In this document: piece after piece, positions 12,901 through 27,295 of the stretch
Layout of the letters: every line of letters begins with the position of its first letter
How positions within the stretch are numbered: the stretch's first letter is position 1
From: Octopus sinensis
Taxonomy: Eukaryota
Direction: 5' to 3'
NCBI RefSeq assembly: GCF_006345805.1
Contig: NC_043005.1
Location: 20,956,001-21,020,000 of the forward strand
Length of the DNA stretch: 64,000 nucleotides
Program-made: the position numbers and the translations under genes
The notes under the pieces: generated by a model
The model's database searches: none
What the model was told of the DNA's origin: nothing
Seen by the model: the letters and a program-made list of their open reading frames with translations, nothing else

Positions 12901-14195
12901 TTTAATATTGGAGCCTAACAGATCTAAGTTATCCCCCAGGAAATGCTCTTACCTCATTCAATACAACCATCTGGTCCTTCAGATGATCATGGCAAACATG
13001 ATGGACAACAGTTGGTTCAGTGTTAATATATTTATTACAATAATAAACACTTACATACTCAGGCTGGGCATGGTCTATGTTAATGTCACAGTTTGACAAG
13101 GGAGGGTGGCCCCAGAATCCCATGACACAGCTTTATTTTTTTCTGTCATAATTAGTTTACTGGAAAATAAAGCTACCACCTTGTAATGTATTATATATTC
13201 ATTGTTTAGACACATGGCCAAACATAAATAGAGAAATCAATGAAATTGTGTGATAGCCATGTCTTTCTTAAGAGCTCCATCTCCCTATATAAAGTGAACT
13301 GAATTAACTTGAAAACCAAACTTAATTAATGGGCTCATTCTACTCTATCTGTGTTTTTACTAAATGAACAGCTAGAGGAAAATACATATGTCAACTTCCT
13401 GCAGGGTAAAAATGTATATTAAAAATTAGCTGTTGACTGAACAGCAATATTATATTTGATTCAAATTTCACCCTTGGTGGGTGCTAAAATCATTATGTTA
13501 ATGACTTATTTTGGTCATGAGATTCATAAGTGACAACCTTTTTTCTTCATCTCACTAAAAGTACAATTTTGATTGAGAATTTCTTTGCTTGCTATTTTAA
13601 GTTGTGAGTGTCTATATTTACTACATATCTTTATTTCTTCACGAGATAATGAAAGTGAAGTTATTTTTGTTCTATAAGGCCAAACATTGCAAGATCAGTT
13701 AATTGATGTGTTACAATCCTTGTCATGACAAAGTATAGTTAGTGTCGTCCATTTACATAGTGGCTTGAAATCACAACAGAATATATTTCACCTTTCATAC
13801 TTCTGTGGTTGATGAAATGAGCGTTAGTCATATACTGAGATTGATATATTGTCATGTACCTTCACTGCAGAGTGTGTATCTTTAATATTGATTACTTCAA
13901 CAATCATTATACTTTTGTATTCTTGTTGTGATGAAGGGTGATAGATCAACAAAGTCATTTGAGTATCAGAAAAATGTGTTGTGGAATGTGTTCTGGCTAT
14001 TTGACTTTTGAGCATAAATCCTGCTGATGCTGACTTTGCTCTTCTTGGGTCAATAAAATGTAATGCTTGTCTGGTGCAGAGGTCAACCTAATAAACTTAT
14101 TCCTTCCTCTAAATCTTGGCCTTGTTTCTTTATTGCAATGTATTGTTGTTGTTATTGGTATATTTCATTGCCTTAAATTTATTTTTTAACTCTAG

Positions 14196-14432
14196 ATTCT
14201 GCGATCCATTTTGTGAAAGTAAATGATGCATCTCTGGATGTGACGGGGAAAATATTGAGTAAGAATGCAGTAACAGCAGACGCTTGTGCAGAAAGATGTC
14301 TTTCTGATGAAAATTGTTTATCATTTGAGATGTCTAAAGGAAATGGTAAATGTTACTTATTGAAGCAAACAGCAGCTTCCTCCAAGAAAATAAAAACAGA
14401 CAAAAGCAGAGATTATTACCAACGAGTAAAAT
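14196..14432 (+). CDS. Exon PAN-B1 (4-Cys PAN/Apple domain)
   Basis: Acceptor ttttaactctag|at, donor aaaat|gtaatt. Encodes xSAIHFVKVNDASLDVTGKILSKNAVTADACAERCLSDENCLSFEMSKGNGKCYLLKQTAASSKKIKTDKSRDYYQRVK, with C-x3-C-x5-C-x-S-F and a terminal DYYQR. Confidence 0.87.
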
Positions 14433-17088
14433 GTAATTATATTTTGTATTTTATTATTGGATATTCTTTTCCTCTTTTTCTGAACTCATGATTCCATTTG
14501 TACTTCAGAGTATATAGACAATTATTTGTGTAAAGACACAAATGACAGACATAAACATATTCTAGAAATATGCAGTATTAAGAACTGTGAATACAGGCAG
14601 CGCATTCTAACACAATTTTTGTTCACTTTGAACACATAAATGCATGATTTTGATTAATATTCTTTTTAGAGGGAAGACGCTTTTGTTTTTTGAAACCTGG
14701 ACAGTAGTAATGGCAGCAGCAGTAGTGATAGTACAGGTCATAATAGCATTAGTAGTAATGTTATCAACTGCTTTCTCTTCATTTCCATATGTAGGTGTGG
14801 TTTAGTGCTATTACTGCATAGTTCCTCAAGATTAGAAGCTGTTGTACTTAATCTGATATACATAAATTACACTAAGGGAAATGCCAAACTACGTGGTTGT
14901 GTATCTCCTATATTTGGGCATGGTAATGGCATGATTATTTTCTATCACTAACCATTATACACATGAAGATAGTACATTGTGTCATGCTACTAGAAGTAGA
15001 GAAATTGTTTGCTGTGAGTGAAGAAGCTTCTCAATATAAAATAAGTTCCCATTTACTAATTGTCAGAACAAAATAGCCAAGAAATTAACTCAGTTTTATT
15101 TCAAGGATGTTGTTGTTTGCTGCTGAAATATTTCCTTCTTGAAACAGAGAACACCAACAGAAATTTACTAGGTTTAATGATCACAAAGTTAGAAGTCTCA
15201 TGAATACTAGGATTTCAATACTGTAACAGAATTTTTCTCAGTCAAAATGAAGGCAAGCCATTTCAATATGTATAACTATGAGGGCCTTCAACTGGGCTGA
15301 AGTTGTAGACCTCATTGCAATCTTTATTCTGGTCACCCACAAGAGGTTCAATTGCATTGACAGATCTGGTTTATACTGGGACAGTTTCCTCACAATTCCA
15401 AGTAATATTAATGGCCATGCCATGAATATAAAAAGATAAACTGAAATGGAATCTTAAAGAACTAGCATTTTAACTAAATGAACATTACTTTAGAATTGAA
15501 ACCAGGTATAAGAGAAATAATACTCCTACAGAAATTCTAATAAGAAAAACAAACATTTTCATAGGAATTACCAGTATTTCCAGAGTGCATTATGAAATAT
15601 TGAAGGTAGTTTTTCTGAAAAAATGTCCTATTTATCCTCAAACAGAGATACTTTTGACAATATTTTGTGCAATATAACAAGGTGTTGGCTAGAATTGTAT
15701 TTAGACAGAAGTTAGTTTAAACAGATTATGCTCCACTTCCAAACCTGAAGAAAACTAGGAAATAAAATAACTTCTCTTCAGTCTTAATGTCTCCATGAGT
15801 ACAGCTAGAAAGGTTTAATCCTGCATTAGACACTGTTTCTCAGGTGCACATCAGCACCATAATCTTATGAATGTGCATAGTATTATGAATTGTTACTCCT
15901 GTCCAGAGATTTCAGCATTGTATGTTGCAATAGAGATAATATACTCATATCCAGCTTTTATCTGAGACACCTACATTTAGCTGCCAAAGCTAATCCCCAT
16001 CTCCCTCCTGCGAGAATTCAGCCTTTCTACAACAGTGGATTTTTCGAGTAAACTTCACTTAAGCTGATGGTTTCGTAATGAATTACATGGGAGTCTCAGC
16101 CAGTAACTTCAAGGAAACTATACTCCTTCAAGTTCATGTATAGGAAGAAATCTGCCTCACTGTCCTGTTTTAGAATATAGATGTGTATGTATCTATGTAG
16201 GTATATTTTTGTGCATTCCAATTTGCATGCATGCATGGATATATTTTGTGTGAGATTTTTAATACACATATCCTCAGCAGTCATGGCCCATATTTCACTG
16301 CCATGTAGCGTGGCTGTTCGTACACATGAGTCAATAAAAACAGCAAAATTTAAATGGATAAAATAATTAAGTAGCGAAAATTTATAACAGTCATAAAATG
16401 TTCTTATGGATCTCCAATAATATTAATCTAAATATATTTTAAAAGAAATTAATTACTGACCATTTTATTATATAATATTCGGGAAGAAATGAGATGAGGT
16501 GGTGAAGCATGAACTCCAAATGTTGGGCCTCACAGGGGCAATGACATGAGACCGGGATCTTTGGAAATATGCTGTGATTGAGAAGACTCAGCATGTAAAG
16601 TGCGATCACAGCTGTGGCTGATACCAGTATTGCATAACCAGCCCATTTAAAAGTACCCTTCAATTGTCAGGTGATACACTGTGCTTCAGAAGACCTATTG
16701 AGTCGAATAAAATCAATCGAAAAATGGAAATCGTAATTGTGACTGATGCCAGTGCCACTTGACAGGTATCTGTGCTGGTGGCATGTAATAAACACAATAC
16801 AAATGAGGGTAAATTCCAGTGCTGTCTGACTGGCTCCCCATCCTGGTGGCACGTAAAAATACTCATCAATAAATCATTTTAGCAGATGTCTATTAAAATG
16901 ACTCATTGATGAGCACTTGTTTATATTCTCCTTGATAAGATTGGTCCATTTTTCCATATCATTCTTCCTATCAGATTTATTTTAGTGCCTCTATCGAAAC
17001 ATGTTAGTGATATGGTGATATAAAGAATTTAGATAACATTTTAGCCGATTGCCTCCATTTTCAATTATTCTCATATATGCGAATATAT

Positions 17089-17124
<36 letters not shown>

Positions 17125-17869
17125 GGTGAGAATGTATATATGGTGCATTAAGTTAAAATTTTAGAGTCATTCATGTGTTGGAGATGGTTTATTGTTTTAA
17201 GTTCATTTCTACAGATGTTCTATAGAAACTATAGCCAGGCTTGATTTTTGTTACAGCATTATTTTGTATTGAGACCGATGTAAAGAGACAATTGAAGACA
17301 AAAATGAGTAATGAGTGTATATAACATAATTTGCGGGTTTTGCCCTTTCATCAGCATCTATATAACCCATTCTCACATCTGAACATATTGCTTATATAGC
17401 CACTGCATAGAGTGGTGTTAAGTTATTGGGTATACCAATTTACATATGAGACATATTCCTGGAGCTGGTACATAAACATTAATGATTTGTAGGTATGTGC
17501 TACTTTGTTATGCAAACATAATATACCATAAAGCATACTAAATGTTTTCATAAGTCAGTACCAAGTTCTACTTAGTCAGTAGTGCTTCATACATTATTTT
17601 GTGAAGGTTATTTCTACACCTGACATCTCGATAGAAAACGCTGTAGCAAAGATCAGTTCTGACTATAATTTCTATAGAATTTCTGTAGAAATAAACTTAA
17701 CAAAATAATTTTAGAAGTACTGTTGATGCCCAAAAATGTGGTAACATTTAGTATGCTTTTTAGTATATTATTTTTGCATAATGAAGTAACACATACCTAC
17801 AAATCACTCAGGTTTATTGTTTATCACTAGCACCTATAAACAATGGTGGTTTCATTTAAAGAAGCTTGT

Positions 17870-17965
17870 CAGTGGGGACAGAGAAAGGCAGAAAGTAGGG
17901 GAGACAGTGAGCCTGCCTGGAAATACCTCCTTCTGATGGGTATAGGACAGGTTTTAATGACTTGT
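17870..17965 (-). mobile_element. Non-LTR RT motif fragment (R4/Dong-like)
   Basis: IPIRRRYFQAGSLSPLL resembles IRRGIFQGDSLSPLLF. Confidence 0.6.
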
Positions 17966-18039
17966 GAGTCATATTTCAATGTCATACTGGTTTTCCAGTT
18001 TGCCATTGCAAAAAGATATTTTATTTCATGGAGAGAGAT

Positions 18040-19800
18040 TATTATTGTTATCATTATTATCATTATTTTCATTAGCATCTTCTTTCAGTTCTCGTTCCAC
18101 TTCTTGCTAAGTGTGTTCCTGACACCTAGAGCAGTGAAACATACTGTATACATTGGTAGGCCATTAAAACAAACACATCAGATTGTTCATTGACAGAGTC
18201 ATGTGGTAGAGAATAAGGAATGACAGAGAGAAAAATTTAAAAAGAGAAAAGTAAACAAATACAATAAATGGGACAAAGGAGAGCAAATTCACAGAGACAG
18301 TGCTCTTTTCAATACCTGTGATGTATCGGTTAAGTCAATCTTTTGCAATTCTTGCATGGATGGAAAGCCAGGGATCATTCTTAAATAATTTCCAATTCCT
18401 TTTTTGATCACTCTAAGTGTTCCTACAATCACTAGAAATTGTAACCATATTGAGATGCCACATGTTTTTGATTTCGATTAGCAAATCTTTATATTTTCGG
18501 ACCTTATAAAATTTTTTTACAGAGATATTATGGGCACAAGGAATACTCATGTCAATCAACAAATGGACTTTATTGCTTTTGTTTTCACAACAATATCTGG
18601 TTTATTTGCCTTGATGATTTGGTCTGTACATACTGGGAAGTCCCAAAAATAGTTACATGTACTCCCTCAGTTATAGCTTCAGGGTGGTGCTTGTATAATT
18701 CATCAGCAGTTTTGAATTTATAATACCGACACATTATCCTATGTAGATATTAGCCAACTCTGTTATATCTTGATTTGTACTCTACAGGTGCTAAAACCTT
18801 ACATTCAAAGATTAGGTGGTCAGCTGTTTCTATCCCACCATTGCCATATCAACACTTAGGGTCTACACCATTGTTCATCACATTGGTTTGATAGTTTGGA
18901 GTCAATAAGCTCTAATCTTCGGCAGCAAAGATTAAGCCATCTCTCTCTGCCTTTAGCCCTGAGTTCCATAGCCACTGATGAACATGCTTCTGGTCTACAT
19001 CAGCTTGTCTGCCTTGGGCCTTATAATTGCCATGCAGAGGTTTTTGTTCCCACCCATCAGACAATTGTTCAAGCACATTTTGCTTTACTATTGATTTCAC
19101 CTTCTTTGCATCTACAGTTGCTGCATTTCCCTCATGCTGTTCAACCTGAGTATTATGCATAAACTCTCATGAAAATGTTTTCCCCTCCTTCATAACAGAA
19201 TGAAGCTTCTTACTTCTTTCATGGTTTTCAACGAGCTTTAACATTCAGTTGTTAGATGTTTCCAGATATTTTGGTGGTTTTGTAGATTTCAAATTGGATC
19301 CCAACATCACTTTGTCGAGCTCTGGGTAGGTAAAAATGATCTGCATCTGCCTTTGGCTGGTGGATTTGGTTGCAAATCAGCAGCTTATGCTTGTTCCTTT
19401 CAGTCTTCCTGATATTTCAATTCAACACATCGAATCTGTAAATAACAACCAGAACTGCTTAGGAATTTATAGCTGACTCTTTGTAATGTGCAGTTAACTC
19501 GGATTTTAGGACTGCTTGTACTCTCCTGTAACACTCTTTCCTGATCTTCTCATTGATACTTGCATGTTGAATGCCAGAGCCCTCATTTATTCTGAGTTAT
19601 TTGTAAGTTTGTTCCTGTTTCAGTTCTTTTATGTGTGTGTCAACATCCAACACCACTGAATGTGAAATCTTCAGTTTCCCTTTCTGGAAAGTGGCTTTTG
19701 CACATTTATCAAGACCAAATTCCATCCCATTATCACAGGAAATGAAATTTTTAATAAAATATGAAAAAGCCGTCTGATGCATTATGAAATCCTAATCTTT
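18040..19800 (-). mobile_element. Decayed R4/Dong-like non-LTR retrotransposon (RLE endonuclease clade), 3' part with (TAA)-like tail
   Basis: GMEFGLDKCAK (RT end), WEQKPLHGNY..ADVDQ..HQWL.NSGLK.E..GLIFAA, an RLE region near 18300-18650, and an ATT-repeat tail at 18038-18070. Confidence 0.8.
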
Positions 19801-20449
19801 TAGCATAAGACAATCTTCTCAGAATAAATAAGAATTCTGCTACAACAGGAGACATACATGAATGCTCACTTGAATATTTTGGTTGTACGTAATCCTTTCG
19901 TACATTCCTCTCCTGATGGCATGCAATTCTTTAATATGGCATGGCAATTACAATAACACTTGATACATTGGTTAACTACCTGATCTACCACTCTGGCATG
20001 GGGCACTGTCCTAAAGAATTTTAGATAGATGAATTAACCCCAATAGTTACATTTCTTTAAAACTTGAAACTTTTTATGATAGTTTATTTTGCCAAACTGC
20101 TAAGTTACAGGGACATAAACACCCCAAAACCAGATGTCAAGCAGCGGTGGGGGACAAACACAAATACAAACATAAAGATTATCTGTCTCTCTGTCCCTCT
20201 TTCTTTCTCTCTCTCTCTCTCTCTCTCACACACAAACACACACACACAGTGGACTTTCAATTTCTCTCTATCAAATCCACTCAAAAAGCTTTGGTTGGCC
20301 TAAAGATATAATAGAAGGTGCTTGCTCAGAGTGTCACACAATGGAAGAGAACCTAAAATCTTGTCATGTGTTTAAGAAGCAAACTTCTTACCATAAATCC
20401 ACGCTTTTGAGTATAAAATATATTTCTTGTTTTCTTTTTCTTTTTTCAG

Positions 20450-20680
20450 CTGACAAGCCTTTGCAGATTAAAAAAGTTAGCATACAAGAGAAGGATACTA
20501 TTGGAAGGCTTAGAAATGTGAACTTAAAGACATGTAATGAAGCTTGCCATCAGTATCCGGGATGTAATTCTTATCAGTACAATGAGAAGGCTAAATTCTG
20601 TGATATGAGCAATGCAACTGAGTTGACTGGTAACTTTAAACCCAACAATGGTAGTTGGGATGTGCACATAATTAACCCAG
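20450..20680 (+). CDS. Exon PAN-A2
   Basis: Acceptor ttttttcag|ct, donor ccag|gtctgt. Encodes xDKPLQIKKVSIQEKDTIGRLRNVNLKTCNEACHQYPGCNSYQYNEKAKFCDMSNATELTGNFKPNNGSWDVHIINP; paralogue of A1. Confidence 0.88.
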
Positions 20681-20883
20681 GTCTGTAGAGTGTTTCCATT
20701 TAACTTATTATGTGTCAGTGTCTACTTATATGTGTATGTAATGTGTGTACAAGTAGATAGCTCATCATCATCAGCAGCATCATTTAACATCTGTCTTCCA
20801 TGCTTGGTTGGGTATGATGCTGGACATGAGCTGGCCCTGGCTACTGTGTCTGTTTTGGCAGATTTTCTCTCTCTCTTTCTCTC

Positions 20884-20935
<52 letters not shown>

Positions 20936-20984
20936 CACATATATATATATATATATATGCACATATATATATAATATATATGGT

Positions 20985-21330
20985 GATGTGATGGTGACCC
21001 CCTTCGGTCAGACACTGACCATAGGTTTGCACCTAGAGAGTTACCCTCTGAGGCACAAGTCTGGGCAAGGTTGTTTTATGGAAGACCAGCAGTCGCCCAT
21101 GCATATCGGCCTCCCCTCTCCACGTCACCGATGTTGTCCAAGGGAAAGGCAAGGGCCGATACAGCTTGGCACCTGTGACGTTGCAACTCATTTCTACAGC
21201 TGAGTGAACTGGAGCAACGTGAAATAAAGTGTCTTGCTCAAGAACACAACACGCACCCCGGTCCGGGATTCGAGCTCACAACCTCACGATCGTAAGCTCG
21301 ACGCTCTAACCACTGAGCCACGTGCCTTCA
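20985..21330 (-). mobile_element. tRNA-derived SINE
   Basis: Minus-strand head gtgaaggcacgtggctcagtggttagagcgtcgagcttacgatcgtgaggttgtgagctcgaatcccgg with A and B boxes; flanked by (TA)n. Confidence 0.85.
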
Positions 21331-21389
21331 CTTTATATATATAATATATATAATATATATACATACGTATATATATAAATATATATATA

Positions 21390-21457
<68 letters not shown>

Positions 21458-21725
21458 GTGGAGGCGCAATGGTCCAGTGGTTTGGGCAGCGGACTCGTGG
21501 TCGTAGGATCGTGGTTTCGCTTCCCAGACCGGGCATTGTGGGTGTTTATTGAGCGAAAACACCTAAAAGCTCCACGAGGCTCTGGCAGGGGGTGGTGATC
21601 CCTGCTGTACTCTTTCACCACTCTTCCTTCTGTTGGCCTGCTCGCTTAGCCAGCGGGGTGGCGTCATTCAAAGGCTAAAACAATGCGAACGCATTGTGAC
21701 CAGCGATGTGTAACAACACCTGATC
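21458..21725 (+). mobile_element. tRNA-derived SINE (second family)
   Basis: Head gtggaggcgcaatggtccagtggtttggg...gtggtttcgcttccc followed by a non-tRNA body; flanked by (TA)n. Confidence 0.8.
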
Positions 21726-22088
21726 ACGTGATATATATATACACACATATATATGCACATATATATATATACATATATATATAGACACATATATATACAC
21801 ATACATATATCCATATATATATACACTCATATATATACATATATATATGCTTTATTTAAAGCGGCAGAAAATTCAACAAAACCTGTTACTCTGAGTTTCC
21901 CATTGCTGTTCATTGGACAGTTTTTGCTGTCCGATGAACAGCAACAGGAAGCTCAGAGTAACAGGTTTTGCTGAATTTTCTGCTGCTTTAAATAAAGCAT
22001 ATTACTCTACCACTAGTATATGAGTACTCTTTTTTCCACCTTGTTTCACATTTATGTGTTTACTCTGGTACATATATATATATGTATC

Positions 22089-22141
<53 letters not shown>

Positions 22142-22566
22142 CAGGTATTGTAGCCATCCTCATCTATCAAAATACATGAGTGATATCAGAATTCTGAGCA
22201 ACATTTCTTTGGCCAATTCCCATCAGGAAGGTAAGTTAGGAGGCTGCTATTGTGCTTCAAAGACAAACTAAATGACAATCTCAAGTAATGCAGCATTTCC
22301 TTTTCTTCCTGAGAAAACAAATCATCAGAAAGCAGGTCCTGTCATCATGGTTTTGTGGAATGAAATAAATCTGGCTTTGCCATCTACTCAAGATATCTCA
22401 GAAGGAATGAGCCACTAGCACTCACGTAAACTAACTCATCAACCTGTTTCATTTACCAAAAGATTTGCTAGGTACTATTAGGCCTCAAAAGACACATTCA
22501 TGTCCATAGAACATAATTAACACTTTACTAAAACTTCATTTGTCATTTACAACACACAAATCCATC

Positions 22567-22601
<35 letters not shown>

Positions 22602-22872
22602 AATTAAATTAGAGATAAAACTACTATTAGGCATCTCAAACAGTGATAGACATAAACCAAAACATAAAAAACAAAAAATAAATATAATTAATATGATATA
22701 TAAAATATAAAATTTAAAATGTCGATTATTAAAATTTGAAATTTTAAAATTTGTATTTATAAATTTATATATTTTTATATTTTAAATTAAAATTTATTTT
22801 TTTTAACTAACCAAAAAGTATAAAAAATTAAATATAATATAATACTTATTACTTATTTGCTTATATATCTAA

Positions 22873-24055
22873 CTAGCTGAAGGTGACCCGCTCTACGCGT
22901 GGGTAAGAGTGTGGTTGTTACTTTCTGTTGCTTCCTTTCAGCACGTAAAAAGCACCATCCGAATGTGGCCGATGGCAGCGCCGCCTTGACTGGCTTCTGT
23001 GCCGGTGGCACGTAAAAAGCACCAACCGATCGTGGATGCTGCCAGCCCCTGCTGGTACCTGTGCCGGTGGCACGAAGAAAGCACCCACTACACTCACAGA
23101 GTGGTTGGCATTATGAAGGGCATCCACCTATAGAAACACTGCCAGATAAGACTGGAGCCTGGTGCAGCCTCCTGGCTTCCCAGACCCCGGTCAAACTGTC
23201 CAACCCATGCTAGCACGGAAAACGGACGTTAAATGATGATGATGGTGATGATGATGATTCTCCCTCTTTGTTTCTCTCTCACTTTCCCACTCTCTTACTT
23301 TTCTTTTCTCTTAGACTCTCCCTCGCTTTCTCTTACTCTCTATCTTTATCTATCTCTCTCCCATTTATAAACAACAGAAGATCTTGAGTAAGTTGAGAAA
23401 TAAAATATTTTGAAAGATCAATCATAAATATCAGGCAGTGACAACGGAAAGGTCTGCTTCAAGGCAGACAGCAAAACACTAACATTCAAAGGGGACAGAC
23501 GAACTTGCGAGCTGAATAAAAATAATAAAATATTGGAAACCAAAGTTTGAAGGGATAGAATCTGAGGATAGTTAGAGTCACCATGGCTGGCATTTCTTAA
23601 CGACGGACAGCAACATATTGACAGTTTAACGGCTGGCGTAAAATTTTGAACTTGATGTAAAAGAAAATTCCTAAACACCAAGTTTTGAAGTGATTCTTTC
23701 TCACGACAGTAGACTCACCATGGCAAGCATTCAAAACTTCTTCATCATGGACGGCAACACATTGACGATTAAAAGGCTGGCGCAAATTTTATAGCTTGAT
23801 GTAACAGAGAATTCGTAAACACCCACTCCTTTAAATTTTAATCCCCTTCCAGCCCCATTTAGACCCCTTTTTACATTTTGGTTAATATAACCCAATTTCA
23901 TTCGGGTCTACTGGGGCCACTTTTTATAAGATGAGGAATTTTGTCCTAGAGGTCACACCTTTCATTTGAGGAAAAAAATAGTTGTCATGCAAACTTGCCA
24001 GCACTTTTAACATAGGTGTGCATATTTTCAGCTCAACCGACCACATAATGCACAC

Positions 24056-24065
<10 letters not shown>
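22873..24065 (-). mobile_element. Helitron-like element with nested SINE-like repeat
   Basis: a-CTAG plus hairpin cccgctctacgcgtggg at 22873-22905; internal ~70-bp direct repeats at 23595-23660 and 23745-23815; ends in a (TA)n tract. Confidence 0.5.
22920..23258 (+). mobile_element. SINE-like repeat with internal ~60-bp tandem units and (GAT)n tail
   Basis: Units gcacgtaaaaagcacc...; tail ggaaaacggacgttaaatgatgatgatg. Confidence 0.8.
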
Positions 24066-24113
<48 letters not shown>

Positions 24114-25315
24114 CACGCATTATATATACGAATGTATACAAATTATATATATATATATGTATAAATTAAATTAGAGATAAAACCACTAATAGGCAAATCA
24201 AACAGGGAAAAACATAAACCAAAACATAAAAATAAAAATATAATATACAAAATATATAAAATATAAAATTGAAAAATTTAAATTATTTAAATTTAAAATT
24301 AAAATTATTAATTCATATTTATAATTTTAAAATAAATATATATAACTATCAAAAAGTATTAAAAAGTTTAATATACATAAATGCAGATATATACACTTTG
24401 TATATATACATTATATATACATATTTATATATAGAACACACATATAAATTAACCCAATAAATATCTGATTCATAATATTTGTTCTCATGATTGTGTGGTG
24501 GCTGTGGCGAAGATAATTCTCTCTATGAATGCAGACAGACGTAGAGAGAGAGATTGAGAGCTGTCGAAGGCGGGGAGGGGGGAGATATAGAACGCCGTGA
24601 CACGACGTTATAGAGAGAAAGTGATGGTAAGGGAGTTAGACGCCGTGAAATGACGTTATATATAGAAAGTGATGGGATGGGAGGAAAGAGAGTGAGTGAC
24701 GGAGGAAGGCAGATACATAAAAGAATGAGAGGAGACTTGTCAAAGTGCGTTTTTGGCCCTAGCAATGACACCTTTTAAGATGGGGATTTCTAACGTAGCC
24801 CACTAACATCCACACCTCATTTTACATGTCCCTGTAAATTTTGGAGTCAATCCAACGGGATCTAGTGGCCTTTAACCCGTTCTCAATGCCAAAAGCAGAC
24901 ATACAAACAAACAAACTTTTCGCATTTCAGATTTATAATATAGAGACTTTTTTTATACTTTTTAGTTAGTTAAAAAAAAATTTTTAAGTTTAAAAATTTA
25001 AAAATATAAAAATTTATAAATATAAATTAAAAAATTTAAAATTTTTCATAATTTAAGTTTTACATTTTATATTTAATATATATATTGTATATTATATTAA
25101 TTATATTTATATTTTATTTTTAGTATTTTTATGTTTTGGTTTTTGTCTATCACTGTTTGAGTTACCTAATAGTGGTTTTATCTCTAATTTAATTTATATT
25201 CATACTGTGAAATTTGATTTAATCCTAAATCTAATTTTTCCCTGTAAGTTTGGATATACTCCCTAATACCATATATATATATGTAGGTCCCGGGTTGAGT
25301 CGGGGTTAACCACAG

Positions 25316-25359
<44 letters not shown>

Positions 25360-25377
25360 TATATGTATATATATATG

Positions 25378-25410
<33 letters not shown>

Positions 25411-25419
25411 GTATATATA

Positions 25420-25476
<57 letters not shown>

Positions 25477-25849
25477 CGGGAAGCTTTATGAAAATAGACA
25501 AAAGATGAAGGCAGGTGGGAAACAAACAAACAATTGTGTTAGTATGGCGCTCAGGAAATATAAATAAAACAAGTCTTTAACGTTTCGAGCCTACGCTCTT
25601 CAACAGAAAGATACACAGAGAGAAAAAAAACACAGAAAGAAGGAGAGAAAAAAAAATGCATGCTGTAACTAACAAATCAACATGGCGATCTGATTTCGGC
25701 CAGAGGTCAAAGATCAAACATGAGACGCGAGAGCGAAATAAGGGGAGATAATAGGGTTGATAATAGGGTTGAATGACCAGCTATTAGTGCGTATGAGAGG
25801 TCTGGACGTGTGTATATATAGGGTTGGTGTATGTATTAGTATGTAATGT

Positions 25850-26200
25850 ATCATCATCATCGTTTAGTGTCCGTTTTCCATGCTAGCATGGGTTGGATAG
25901 TTCAACTGGGGTCTGTGAAGCCAGAAGGGCTTCATCAGGCCCAGTCAGATCTGGCAGTGTTTCTACGGCTGGATGCCCTTCCTAACGCCAACCACCCCGT
26001 GAGTGTAGTGGGTGCTTTTTACGTGCCATCTGCACATGTGCCAAACAGAGCTGGCAAACGGCCACGAACGGATGGTGCTTTTTATGTGCCACCGGCACGG
26101 GGGCCAGGCGAGGCTGGCAATGGACACGAACGGATGGTGCTTTTTACGTGCCACCGGCACGAGGCCAGTCGGGGCGGCGCTGACAACAGTCGCAAATGGA
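25850..26200 (-). mobile_element. Same SINE-like repeat (fragments also near 16640-16860, 28625-28745, 43765-43925, 45150-45470, 63465-63700)
   Basis: catcatcatcgtttagtgtccgttttccatgctagcatgggttgg...ggtgctttttacgtgccaccggcac units. Confidence 0.8.
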
Positions 26201-26202
26201 TG

Positions 26203-26234
<32 letters not shown>

Positions 26235-26301
26235 ATGTATATATATATATATATGTATGTATATATATATATATATATGTATATATATGTATATATATAT
26301 G

Positions 26302-26332
<31 letters not shown>

Positions 26333-26993
26333 GTATATATATATGTATATGAAAGAATAGAGTTGAACGACGAATTAACAAAATTCCTTTATTTTCGACA
26401 TATGTTTCGAAGGCTGCCTATTCCTAATTGCGAAGGAATAAGGAGTATATTATGCCGCTTTCTCATCAGGAAAAGTAAGGAGCTTATGTCAACATCAAGA
26501 TGCACAAAAAACTTTTAGATGACTGCTCACACGGAGCCCATAGTGAAAATGAGTGTCTCTTTAAAAAAATTCCTTTATAAGGAGTGACGTCAAAATGGTT
26601 GGATGTAGAAGAATCTAGAAGGTTCTAAAGGTTCAAGGGTTCAAACGAATTAGGAGAAGAGTGACATAAGAATAGGAAGGTGAAAAGGTGCAGTTCAAAT
26701 GAATGGTGAATTTTCTTTTGTGAGTGGGTGTCTGTGTGTGTGACTGTATATAACGGCATTAATGTGAGTGTGTGTGTATGTGTGTGCGTGATTGTGTTTG
26801 TGGATGGGTGGGTGTCAGAAACCAGACAGTGTTGAGGTGAACGGTTTATGTCTGTGTGTTTAAATGTGCTTACTATAGATAGAGGGAAAGAGAGAGAGAA
26901 AGAGGAGGGCGAATTATCCATAACAAGATAATCCATTCAACTACTATATATATATGTATATATATATGTATATATATGTATGCATATATATGT

Positions 26994-27110
<117 letters not shown>

Positions 27111-27295
27111 ATATGTATATATATATATATGTGTATGTATATATATGTATATATATATATGTATGTATATATATATATGTATATATGCATATATATGTAT
27201 GTATATATATATATGTGTATGTATATATATGTATATATATATATGTATGTATATATATATATGTATATATGCATATATATGTATGTATATATATA

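Noticed and set aside
21258-21530. Apparent tRNA genes
   Set aside because: The tRNA-like heads run directly into SINE bodies and lack a complete acceptor stem.
25995-26170. CRISPR-like repeats (ggtgctttttacgtgccaccggcac with ~35-bp gaps; also near 22935-23090, 57975-58200, 59830-60170)
   Set aside because: The gaps are related to each other, so these are whole ~60-bp tandem units inside a dispersed SINE-like repeat with a GAT tail. The DNA is eukaryotic and has no cas genes.
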